DNA of 64,000 bases, taken from Reichenbachiella sp. Its GTDB lineage: Bacteria > Bacteroidota > Bacteroidia > Cytophagales > Cyclobacteriaceae. The stretch's first letter is position 1. Each line of letters starts with the position of its first letter. The position numbers were made by a program, and so were the translations under genes. Below, in pieces: positions 29,140-37,482 of this stretch. The stretch spans positions 20,079-84,078 of the forward strand of contig JAOPTS010000069.1 in NCBI GenBank assembly GCA_051531955.1, in the 5' to 3' direction. Below the pieces are notes generated by a model. It was not told where the DNA came from, searched no databases, and worked only from the letters and a program-made list of their open reading frames with translations.

Positions 29140-30519
29140 CTAAATGGTTGAACTGAAAACTTCTTTGTCTTTGTTGGATTCTTGATTCCAAAAATGAATA
29201 TCAAAAGCCATAGCGGCATTCCGTACAAATGGCTTCCCTTCTTCGGTTACATGAACTTTATTGTCAGATATGTAGATCAATCCATCAATTTGCATTTCTG
29301 TCAAACGACCAAGTCCCTCTTCAAACAATGAAAAATACGGGTCACTTTCCTCACATGATGTTTCGAATTTACACATGATGTCTGCGATTTGTTTACGCAC
29401 AAACATTTCTTCTTTAGTTAGATTATGTCCTCTGTATATAGGAAGCTCTCCCTTCAAAACGGTAGCTTTATAGTCTTCCACCTTTTTGAGGTTTTGACCA
29501 TATGCCGTACCTGTATCTCCAATAGAAGAAACGCCAAGACCAACTACTAATTCACTTTGCAATGTGGTGTATCCCATGAAATTACGATGCAAAGATCCAG
29601 TTTGCGAAGCGATGTATAATTCATCACTAGCTAATGAAAAATGGTCCATACCTACTTCATGGTAATCGATGTCTGATAACATTTCTTTACCTAATTCATA
29701 AAGCTGTCGCTTCACTTCGTTGGCTGGTAGGTCTTTTTCAGTAAAGCTTCTTTGGCCTGGTTTCACCCAAGGAACGTGAGCATAACTATAATATGCGATA
29801 CGATCTGGTTTGAGTATGGCTACTTTTTCGAATGTGTCACGAATTGTATCTGCAGTTTGTTTAGGTAGGCCATAGATCAGATCAAAATTGATGGAAGTAT
29901 ATCCAATAGATCGAGCTTGATTGACGACTAATTCTACGGTTTCATAGGTCTGTATTCTATGAATGGTTTTTTGAACTTCAAGATCAAAATCTTGAATACC
30001 CAAGCTTAGCCTCTTGAACCCAAGGTCAAATAATGTCTGAAGGTGTGCTTTGGTGGTATTACCAGGGTGCGCTTCAAAACTTAAGGCAGCATCTTGTCTG
30101 ACGATACTGAGTGCCTTGATTCCGTTAATAAGCTTAGTTAAATTTTGGGGGCTAAAAAATGTTGGGGTTCCACCTCCAAGATGGATTTCTGATATTTGAG
30201 GTTTATCTTCAAATATAGCAAGGTACATTTCCCATTCTGCTAAAACAGTAGCTATATATGGCTCTTCTACAGAGTGATTGATTGTGATTCTAGTATTGCA
30301 TCCGCAATAGGTACATAAGCTTTCGCAATAGGGTAGGTGGATATAAATACTGATTCCATTTTCCTTATTGGTAATGTCAAATGTGCTTTTGACGTGCTTG
30401 ATCCATGATTCCTTGTTGACACTGTCTTCTTTCCAAGCTGGTACGGTTGGATAGCTAGTGTATCTTGGTCCTGGGATATTGTATTTTTGAATGAGTGAGT
30501 TGAGTGATGTCTGAGTCAT
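29140..30519 (-). CDS. hemN: Oxygen-independent coproporphyrinogen III oxidase
   Basis: GPRYTSYP, CESLCTYCGC radical-SAM motif, GMDHF and RNFMGY. Confidence 0.96.
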   Translation of the reverse strand: MTQTSLNSLIQKYNIPGPRYTSYPTVPAWKEDSVNKESWIKHVKSTFDITNKENGISIYIHLPYCESLCTYCGCNTRITINHSVEEPYIATVLAEWEMYLAIFEDKPQISEIHLGGGTPTFFSPQNLTKLINGIKALSIVRQDAALSFEAHPGNTTKAHLQTLFDLGFKRLSLGIQDFDLEVQKTIHRIQTYETVELVVNQARSIGYTSINFDLIYGLPKQTADTIRDTFEKVAILKPDRIAYYSYAHVPWVKPGQRSFTEKDLPANEVKRQLYELGKEMLSDIDYHEVGMDHFSLASDELYIASQTGSLHRNFMGYTTLQSELVVGLGVSSIGDTGTAYGQNLKKVEDYKATVLKGELPIYRGHNLTKEEMFVRKQIADIMCKFETSCEESDPYFSLFEEGLGRLTEMQIDGLIYISDNKVHVTEEGKPFVRNAAMAFDIHFWNQESNKDKEVFSSTI

Positions 30520-30533
30520 ACCACAAAATAATG

Positions 30534-30589
30534 CTGACTTACATCATTTTTTAGTGAGTTCAATCAATTGCAACCATGATAGGAATCAG
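30534..30589. promoter_or_regulatory. Two Fnr-like boxes upstream of hemN
   Basis: CTGAC-TTAC-ATCAT (30534-30547) and ATGAT-AGGA-ATCAG (30576-30589). Confidence 0.62.
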
Positions 30590-30756
30590 TTTTTGGTGGT
30601 TTTGCTCTTTCTGGGTTTGGTGTCATCTATCAGCATCCTCACAGCAGGAGAATCAGTATCATCGTATTGTCCGGATTTAACTGACCAGATGAATAGCGAT
30701 AAGAATACGACCGCTACTATTAGACTGATGATGATGAGGGCAATGATGATGGTCAT
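30586..30756 (-). CDS. ccoS: cbb3 assembly protein CcoS (56 aa, missing from the ORF track)
   Basis: Manual translation MTIIIALIIISLIVAVVFLSLFIWSVKSGQYDDTDSPAVRMLIDDTKPRKSKTTKN; W..KSGQYDD signature; starts 1 nt after the ccoI stop. Confidence 0.93.
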   Translation of the reverse strand: MTIIIALIIISLIVAVVFLSLFIWSVKSGQYDDTDSPAVRMLIDDTKPRKSKTTKN

Positions 30757-30757
30757 A

Positions 30758-33142
30758 TTAATATATTCTTTTGCTTAGGAATCTAATAGATAATGTCGAG
30801 AATACAACAACACTGATGCTACTGATGGGCATTAGAATGGCAGCAAACACAGGAGTGAGTAGGCCTGCAACTGCAAAGCTCAATCCGATAGCATTGTAAA
30901 GAAACGAAATGATAAATCCTGCAATGATGACTTTCTTGCTTTGTTTGATGAGTCCCAAAAAAGCAGGGAATTGTGTGAGTTTTTTACCTAACAATATCGC
31001 ATCACTAGCTGGCGTGAAGGCAGATAGATTGTTGGAGATAGATATTCCAATAGAACTCGCCTTTAGCGCCCCCGCATCATTGAGTCCGTCACCGAACATA
31101 ATGCTATTTTCGTTTTGTTCTATCTCCTTTATTTTTGCCAGTTTCTCGGGTGGAGATTGATTGAAATGCATGTCTGTATTTTCAGGGAAGAGGTCTGTCA
31201 ATCTTGATTTTTCTTGATCATTGTCTCCTGATAATATGGAGAAATTGAATAACGGCGCAAGTCGATCAATCATTTCTTTCAATCCTTTGCGATAGCTGTT
31301 GTGAATACTGAAATATCCTAATACTTCATCTGATACTGAAAAGTATACCCGAGATCCAGTTTTATCGTCTGATGCAAGTGTGTCAACCCAGCTGGCTGAT
31401 CCTAATTTGTATAGGACCCCATCTAAGTTGCTACTGATTCCTTTTCCTTTTTCTTCGGTATAATCTTGAATATCTAGTTTGCCCGTACCGTTGACGAATT
31501 GGTTGATGCTCTGGCTCAATGGGTGAGTGGAGTGTTTGGTCAATGATTTGATGATGTCAAGTTGTAGCTTGTTGAGCCTAGTTCCTTCAAAATGTATTTG
31601 TGAAAGGTCACTGTTGGTGATTGTACCTGTTTTGTCAAATACAATATGTTTGATATTCCAGAGCTTTTCTATTGCAAGCGTGTTTTTTAGATAGAAGTTG
31701 TGTTGACCGAGGGCATTGATCGTACTTCCCAATGTAAATGGGGAGGTCAAGGCCAGTGCACACGGGCATGCAATGATGAGTACCGAAGAAAAGACATCTA
31801 TCATCTTGCTACTGTCCACAAAACTCCAGTAGATCATGGCCGATATTGCGATTAGTAAGATGGCAGGAGTGAAGTATTGACTCACTTTATCTATCAGGGA
31901 TAGTTCTTCTTTTTTGTTTTCACTTTCAAAAACATCACTGTTCCAAAGCTGTGTTAGGTAGCTTTGAGAGACGTTTTCTAATACGCTTAGTTCTACAGCC
32001 AATCCTTTGATACGGCCGCCAGCATATACTTTTTCACCACCATATATGGTTACGGGGTTAGATTCACCTGTGACAAAACTGTAGTCTATTTTAGTCGTGT
32101 CCGAATTGAGTATAGCATCACATGGGATGATTTCATCATTCCGAATTTCTATTTTGTCACCAACGACTAAGTCTTCTACTAGTACACTGGTCTTTTGCCC
32201 TTTGGATATCTGGTATACGGCCAAAGGGAAGTAGGATTTGTAGTTTCGGTCAAATGATAGCTTTTCATAAGTTTTGCTTTGGAACCATCTACCGATTAGT
32301 AAGAAAAAAACCAGAGCCGCCATTGAATCCAAATACCCAGGACCACTCGCTGTAGTGATTTCATAAAGACTCCTAAAGAACAGGGCTAGTATTCCTACAG
32401 CTATTGGTAAATCAATATTCAAAACCTTTTTCCTTAGGCCAAGAAAAGCAGAAATGAAAAATTCAGATGCACAATAAAATAGTACAGGTAACGACAATGC
32501 CAGACTCAAATAGGTGAAATAGGGAGTGAATTCTGAGCCAACTGGAATGCCCAAATAATCAGGGAACGCAAACAACATGATGTTGCCAAATGCAAAGCCG
32601 GATATCCCGAGTTTCATGAAGGTATGCTTATCTGTATTGAGTGCTTCAGATTTATGTTCTTGTAAGGTGATTTCGGGTTCGTAACCTAACTGATAGAGTA
32701 AGTCTGCAATTTTTTTGATGGTTGTGTTGTTGGGGTTGTAGTCAACGGTTAGTTTTTTAGAAGAGAACTGAATTCGGGATTGTATCACACCCTCATCAAA
32801 GCGGATAAGGTTCTCTAGCAACCAGATACAAGAACTGCAATGTATCGAAGGGATTTTGAAAGTGATTTTGTGGAATTTATCAGATTTGAAATCTAAGAGC
32901 TTGTCCGCAATATCTTGATTCTCCAGGAAATTGAATTTTTCTGAAAAGAAGTCTTTAAGTTGATTGCCTGGGGTTTGCTCAAGAGAATAGTAGTTGCAGA
33001 GGTCATTTTCTTCTAACAATTGATAGACCGTTTTGCACCCAATACAGCAAAATGGTTTCTCCTCTATATGTAGATTCGACCCTTCACAATTCTCCCCACA
33101 ATGATAACATTTGGCTTTTGTTGCCACACCTGAATCCCCCAA
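30758..33142 (-). CDS. ccoI: Heavy-metal P1B-type ATPase CcoI
   Basis: CYHCG..FCCIGC, HCSSC, TGES, CPC, DKTGT and GDGLND motifs. Confidence 0.94.
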   Translation of the reverse strand: MGDSGVATKAKCYHCGENCEGSNLHIEEKPFCCIGCKTVYQLLEENDLCNYYSLEQTPGNQLKDFFSEKFNFLENQDIADKLLDFKSDKFHKITFKIPSIHCSSCIWLLENLIRFDEGVIQSRIQFSSKKLTVDYNPNNTTIKKIADLLYQLGYEPEITLQEHKSEALNTDKHTFMKLGISGFAFGNIMLFAFPDYLGIPVGSEFTPYFTYLSLALSLPVLFYCASEFFISAFLGLRKKVLNIDLPIAVGILALFFRSLYEITTASGPGYLDSMAALVFFLLIGRWFQSKTYEKLSFDRNYKSYFPLAVYQISKGQKTSVLVEDLVVGDKIEIRNDEIIPCDAILNSDTTKIDYSFVTGESNPVTIYGGEKVYAGGRIKGLAVELSVLENVSQSYLTQLWNSDVFESENKKEELSLIDKVSQYFTPAILLIAISAMIYWSFVDSSKMIDVFSSVLIIACPCALALTSPFTLGSTINALGQHNFYLKNTLAIEKLWNIKHIVFDKTGTITNSDLSQIHFEGTRLNKLQLDIIKSLTKHSTHPLSQSINQFVNGTGKLDIQDYTEEKGKGISSNLDGVLYKLGSASWVDTLASDDKTGSRVYFSVSDEVLGYFSIHNSYRKGLKEMIDRLAPLFNFSILSGDNDQEKSRLTDLFPENTDMHFNQSPPEKLAKIKEIEQNENSIMFGDGLNDAGALKASSIGISISNNLSAFTPASDAILLGKKLTQFPAFLGLIKQSKKVIIAGFIISFLYNAIGLSFAVAGLLTPVFAAILMPISSISVVVFSTLSIRFLSKRIY

Positions 33143-33157
33143 TGATACTAGTTTTAT

Positions 33158-33808
33158 TTAGCCAAAATTAACTAATCTTGGACTCAACGAAGAGATGATA
33201 TTGCTTATTTCTTGCTTAGAATAGTTGGGAGGGTAAATTAATAGGTTGTATTGGTTAGACTCTGCAATGCGGTTAGTATGACCTTCTTCTCTTTCAATAA
33301 AATTTGTGGTGGTTCGGCAGGCAACCAGATTTAAATTGTTGCCTTTGATTTGGCTAGGTTGAATTAGTAATATGGGTGTTTGCGTCCTACGAATGATTTT
33401 GAGGAATGTCTCATGAAATTGTGGAGAGTGTTCATTCTTCATGCTATAGATGATGAGATCTACATCTTCTTTTTCCGCGACACTCTTGATGCAATGGTGT
33501 AAAAACCCTATTTCCAATCGGAATTCCCATTTAAAAGCATTGCTCAGGTCTACGCGTTTTTTTATTTTTTCAAATTGATCTAGTACATCCTTTTCCAGAT
33601 TACTTTTGATCTCTCTAGGTGAATCAGTTGTTTTGGAATCGCTATTGGCAATAAGTCTATAGGAATGCAAAAAGGTTATTTTAGCATTTAATTCATTAGA
33701 CCAAGTAATAGCCAAGTTCATACTGCTCAAAGATGTCTCTGAGAAGTCTATGGGTACTAAAAAATTGATTTGTTTATTAGTTGATTTCATTAAAATGCGA
33801 TTAAACAT
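33158..33808 (-). CDS. Divergent universal stress protein
   Basis: FLVPIDFS N-terminus; one recognisable USP domain plus a short tail. Confidence 0.75.
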   Translation of the reverse strand: MFNRILMKSTNKQINFLVPIDFSETSLSSMNLAITWSNELNAKITFLHSYRLIANSDSKTTDSPREIKSNLEKDVLDQFEKIKKRVDLSNAFKWEFRLEIGFLHHCIKSVAEKEDVDLIIYSMKNEHSPQFHETFLKIIRRTQTPILLIQPSQIKGNNLNLVACRTTTNFIEREEGHTNRIAESNQYNLLIYPPNYSKQEISNIISSLSPRLVNFG

Positions 33809-33855
33809 GAATCAAAGCTAGAGGATTAGACTAGGAGAGTTAAGGAAGGTTATCA

Positions 33856-33891
33856 TTTGACATTATGATTAAAATCAGTTTCGTAAATTTG
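33856..33891. promoter_or_regulatory. Fnr-like box ATGAT-TAAA-ATCAG (33865-33878) in the divergent usp/kinase promoter region
   Basis: The box sits 5 nt upstream of the kinase -7 element TAAATTTG (33884-33891) and 51.5 bp from the usp -7 element TAGCTTTG (33820-33813, minus strand). Confidence 0.68.
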
Positions 33892-33907
33892 AGAATCGAA
33901 TAAATTT

Positions 33908-35179
33908 GTGTCAATGGAAAATACCAAAGATCAGTATGATCATGAAGCATTTCGTGAGATATTCCTTTCGTGCGTAGAAGGGATATTAGTGTTTGAAGAA
34001 GGGAAGGTAATTATGGCCAATCCACAGAGTTGTATTCTTTTTGGTTATAAGGAAGAGGAGATGAAGGGGCAATTGGTGGAACAATTTATTCCTATGAAAA
34101 TGCGCAAATCTCATGTCAAAATCAGAGAGGGTTTTATGGAAAAGCCTAACCCCAGACAGATGGGTATAGGGAGGGATTTGATGGCCGTCAAAAAAGGTGG
34201 TACCGAATTTCCTGTCGAAGTAAGTTTAAATCCTGCTATGATAGATGGAAGAAAAACTGTTATAGCACATATTATTGATATTAGTACGAGGAAGATTATC
34301 GAGGGAGATTTGAAGCGTAGTGAAGAACAACTCCTCCAATATGCTACTGAACTAGAAAAACGTGTACAAGAGCGAACCAAGGAATTAGCAGCTGTCGTGA
34401 ATGAATTACAAACTTCTAATTCAAATTTGGAAGTGGAAATAAAAGAAAGGGTCAAAGCTGAAAATGAAGCTCAAATTGCTCTTGAGAAGGAAAGAGAACT
34501 TAACGAGCTGAAAACGAGATTTGTATCGATGGCATCTCATGAATTCAGAACGCCGTTGAGTACCATCTTGTCATCCGTCTCTTTGATAGCAAGATACGAT
34601 ACAGATGACAAGTTAGATAAAAGAGAGAAGCACATCGGTAGAATTAAATCTAACGTGTCTGAGCTGACAACAATACTCAATGACTTTTTGTCTATCGACA
34701 AGATAGATACTGGTAAGATGTCTGTTAAATTCAGTGAGTTCGAAATCAATGCTTTGCTCAAAGAGATAGTGTCTGAAATCAGTGTCATTACCAAAAAGGA
34801 TCAATACGTGAGTTGTCAAGTATTGGAGGGCGAACACTGGATGAAGAGTGACCCTATGTTTATCAAACAATGTGTGGTTAATCTACTTTCCAATGCTATT
34901 AAATATTCACCGACTGGTTCAGAGATTCAGCTCAATTTGAAAGACCTAGATGATAGTATTCAAGTCGATGTTGTGGATAATGGAATAGGAATTCCAGAAA
35001 ATGATCAGAAGCATTTGTTCGAGAAATTTTTCAGAGCACATAATTCTCAACATATTCAAGGGACAGGACTAGGATTAAACATTGTAAAAAAATATCTTGA
35101 GATGCTAAATGGCAGTATCTCATTTACCAGTGTAGAGGGTAAAGGATCTACATTTACCATCAAATTCAAAAAGCAATAG
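33908..35179 (+). CDS. Soluble FixL-like PAS histidine kinase
   Basis: PAS segment IPMKMRKSH...RQMGIGR...GTEFPVEVSL; SHEFRTP, NLLSNAIKYS and GTGLGL motifs; no TM segment. Confidence 0.9.
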   Translation: MSMENTKDQYDHEAFREIFLSCVEGILVFEEGKVIMANPQSCILFGYKEEEMKGQLVEQFIPMKMRKSHVKIREGFMEKPNPRQMGIGRDLMAVKKGGTEFPVEVSLNPAMIDGRKTVIAHIIDISTRKIIEGDLKRSEEQLLQYATELEKRVQERTKELAAVVNELQTSNSNLEVEIKERVKAENEAQIALEKERELNELKTRFVSMASHEFRTPLSTILSSVSLIARYDTDDKLDKREKHIGRIKSNVSELTTILNDFLSIDKIDTGKMSVKFSEFEINALLKEIVSEISVITKKDQYVSCQVLEGEHWMKSDPMFIKQCVVNLLSNAIKYSPTGSEIQLNLKDLDDSIQVDVVDNGIGIPENDQKHLFEKFFRAHNSQHIQGTGLGLNIVKKYLEMLNGSISFTSVEGKGSTFTIKFKKQ

Positions 35180-35180
35180 C

Positions 35181-36239
35181 ATGAAGAATATATTACTCAT
35201 AGAAGATAATGAAGGAGTAAGAGAAAATACTGCAGAAATATTAGAATTAGCAGGCTATAAAATGATTACTGCTTGTAATGGGAAAGAGGGAGTAGAGATA
35301 CTAAGAGTGCAGACTCCTGATCTTATTATTTGTGATATCATGATGCCAGGATTGGATGGCTATGGTGTGCTTCATATCGTGATGAGAAACCCAGAGACTT
35401 CTCATATTCCATTTATCTTTTTGACTGCCAAAGCAGAGAAATCCGACATTAGAAAAGGAATGAATTTGGGTGCGGATGATTATCTGACCAAGCCCTTTGA
35501 TGATATAGAATTGTTAGATGCAGTTGAAGCAAGATTGAACCGAAGTAGACAGATTCAAAAGGATTATGAGACCAGTATTTCTGGGCTAGATGATTTCTTT
35601 AATGATGCTAAACAAGTGGAGAGTCTAAGAGAGCTGTCTAGAGAAAAGAAAATCCGATCTTATAAGAAGAAAATGAATCTTTATCATCAAGGAGATTATC
35701 CAAATCACTTGATATATATCAAAACTGGAAAAGTAAAGACATACAAAACCAACTCGGATGGTAAAGAATTGATCACAGGGTTGTACAATGAGCAGGATTT
35801 TTTAGGGTTTAGTGATTTGATTACCCAATCTGATCATAGTGACGGAGCGATTGCGATCGAGGATGTAGAAGCTTATTATATTCCTAAAGAAGACTTTTTA
35901 CAATTGATATACAAGGACAGGTCGATAGCAAGTAGCTTTATCAAGATCCTATCTAGGAATATCAAGGAGCAAGAAGAGAAGATGTTGCATTTGGCCTACA
36001 ATTCTGTGAGACAAAGAGTTTCAGAAGCCTTGTTGACCGTGCATAAGAATTATGGTAGTGATGTAACTACTTTTTCTATTTCTAGAGAAGATTTATCAAA
36101 TATTGTAGGGACATCTCCAGAATCGGTCATTAGGACATTGTCTGACTTTAAAAATGAAAACTTTATCGAAATAAAATCGAATAAGATTAAACTACTTAAT
36201 GTAGGTGAACTAGAAATAATTATTTCAAGAGGATATTAA
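35181..36239 (+). CDS. Hybrid response regulator: REC + Crp/Fnr cNMP-like domain + HTH
   Basis: LLIEDN..CDIMMP..LTAK..KPF receiver; LIYIKTGKVK Crp barrel; SREDLSNIVGTSPESVIRTLS HTH. Confidence 0.92.
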   Translation: MKNILLIEDNEGVRENTAEILELAGYKMITACNGKEGVEILRVQTPDLIICDIMMPGLDGYGVLHIVMRNPETSHIPFIFLTAKAEKSDIRKGMNLGADDYLTKPFDDIELLDAVEARLNRSRQIQKDYETSISGLDDFFNDAKQVESLRELSREKKIRSYKKKMNLYHQGDYPNHLIYIKTGKVKTYKTNSDGKELITGLYNEQDFLGFSDLITQSDHSDGAIAIEDVEAYYIPKEDFLQLIYKDRSIASSFIKILSRNIKEQEEKMLHLAYNSVRQRVSEALLTVHKNYGSDVTTFSISREDLSNIVGTSPESVIRTLSDFKNENFIEIKSNKIKLLNVGELEIIISRGY

Positions 36240-36241
36240 CA

Positions 36242-36700
36242 ATGGCTTTAGAACTGAAAGTAAAAGTGGGTGATCAAGCACCTGCATTTGAAGGTACGAT
36301 TGAAGATGGTTCTGTAGTGAAACTATCTGACTATAAAGGAAAGAAGTTGGTGTTGTATTTTTATCCAAAGGATAATACACCTGGCTGTACAGTACAGAGT
36401 TGCAACTTGCGAGATAATTACGACATGTTGTTGGAAAAAGGTTATGTCGTCTTAGGCGTGAGCTCAGACAGTGTGAAATCACATGTTAAATTTATTGACA
36501 AGCAAATCTTGCCATTTAGCTTGATTGCTGACGAGGATAAAACAGTGCATGACCTGTTTGGTACTTGGGGTGAAAAACAAATGTACGGTAGGACATACAT
36601 GGGAACTTTTCGAACCACGTTTGTCATTGACGAAAACGGTGTGATAGAAGAAATAATCACCAAGGTCAAGACCAAGGAGCATACCAATCAGATAGTTTAA
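36242..36700 (+). CDS. bcp: Thioredoxin-dependent peroxiredoxin Bcp
   Basis: YFYPKDNTPGCTVQSC. Confidence 0.95.
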   Translation: MALELKVKVGDQAPAFEGTIEDGSVVKLSDYKGKKLVLYFYPKDNTPGCTVQSCNLRDNYDMLLEKGYVVLGVSSDSVKSHVKFIDKQILPFSLIADEDKTVHDLFGTWGEKQMYGRTYMGTFRTTFVIDENGVIEEIITKVKTKEHTNQIV

Positions 36701-36705
36701 GAATT

Positions 36706-36734
36706 AAGAAAGTCCAGTTTAACTGGACTTTCTT
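36706..36734. terminator. Bidirectional terminator overlapping the DUF4136 stop
   Basis: AAGAAAGTCCAGTT-T-AACTGGACTTTCTT perfect inverted repeat. Confidence 0.75.
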
Positions 36735-37330
36735 CTTGATACATAGCCATCAGAAATAATTCTGAATTGTCTAAAAATTTTATTAGTAGCAACTTTTACA
36801 CTTCGTTCTGAGCTTTCGTCATGAGCAGAGAATACACCTGAAGCATAGCCTTGCCATACCGTCTGTCTTCTTTTTCTATCGAAAAAAGAAATATGTAGCG
36901 TGCCACCTGTCATGAAGTATTTGGTGTCGTTATATTCCGCGTTTACCTCATGGTTACCTCCGTCCATATTGGCGTCTTGAGCCAACCATATGTCTGACCA
37001 GTTATTTGATACCCAACTTTCAAAATGTGGCTGGTTGTAGCCTTTGATGTCAAAATCGTCATTGAATACTTTGTATGAAATTAAGAGATCTGGTTTTTCT
37101 TTACTCAACCTATAGCCTTGTGATTCCATTTTTGATATGACGTTTTTTTCAATGATTGCTTTGTGAGCTTCATTGTCATTGTCTTGCATGATCAAAAAGT
37201 CATATGTTTTATACTTATTAAATCTTCCACTGTAGCTGTAGTCAGATTCAATGATCATATCCTTTTGAGTTGAGCAACTTAGGGAAGATATAATGATGAT
37301 GGCGGTTAGTATTGAGCGGTAATATTTCAT
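36719..37330 (-). CDS. DUF4136-type lipoprotein
   Basis: Lipobox SLSC; FNKYKTYDF, PDLLISY and GTLHI..D....VWQG motifs. Confidence 0.82.
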   Translation of the reverse strand: MKYYRSILTAIIIISSLSCSTQKDMIIESDYSYSGRFNKYKTYDFLIMQDNDNEAHKAIIEKNVISKMESQGYRLSKEKPDLLISYKVFNDDFDIKGYNQPHFESWVSNNWSDIWLAQDANMDGGNHEVNAEYNDTKYFMTGGTLHISFFDRKRRQTVWQGYASGVFSAHDESSERSVKVATNKIFRQFRIISDGYVSRRKSS

Positions 37331-37482
37331 ATGACAAAAAAGAGTTTTAATGAATATTACTTAATATAGTGAAAATCAGTATCATGTGATAGGACTTGAT
37401 CGTCTTGTTTATTTTTAATTTCATACAATGTTTATTTGAAGACAGCATTAATTATTTTTGGGTTCAACATAAAACTACAAAA

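Noticed and set aside
30554-30778. 74-aa + strand ORF with MMMRAMMM
   Set aside because: Antisense shadow of ccoS.
37396-37482. N-terminal extensions given by the ORF track here and at 50205, 53854, 24825 and 42562
   Set aside because: They overlap promoters or upstream genes; downstream starts match the family N-termini.
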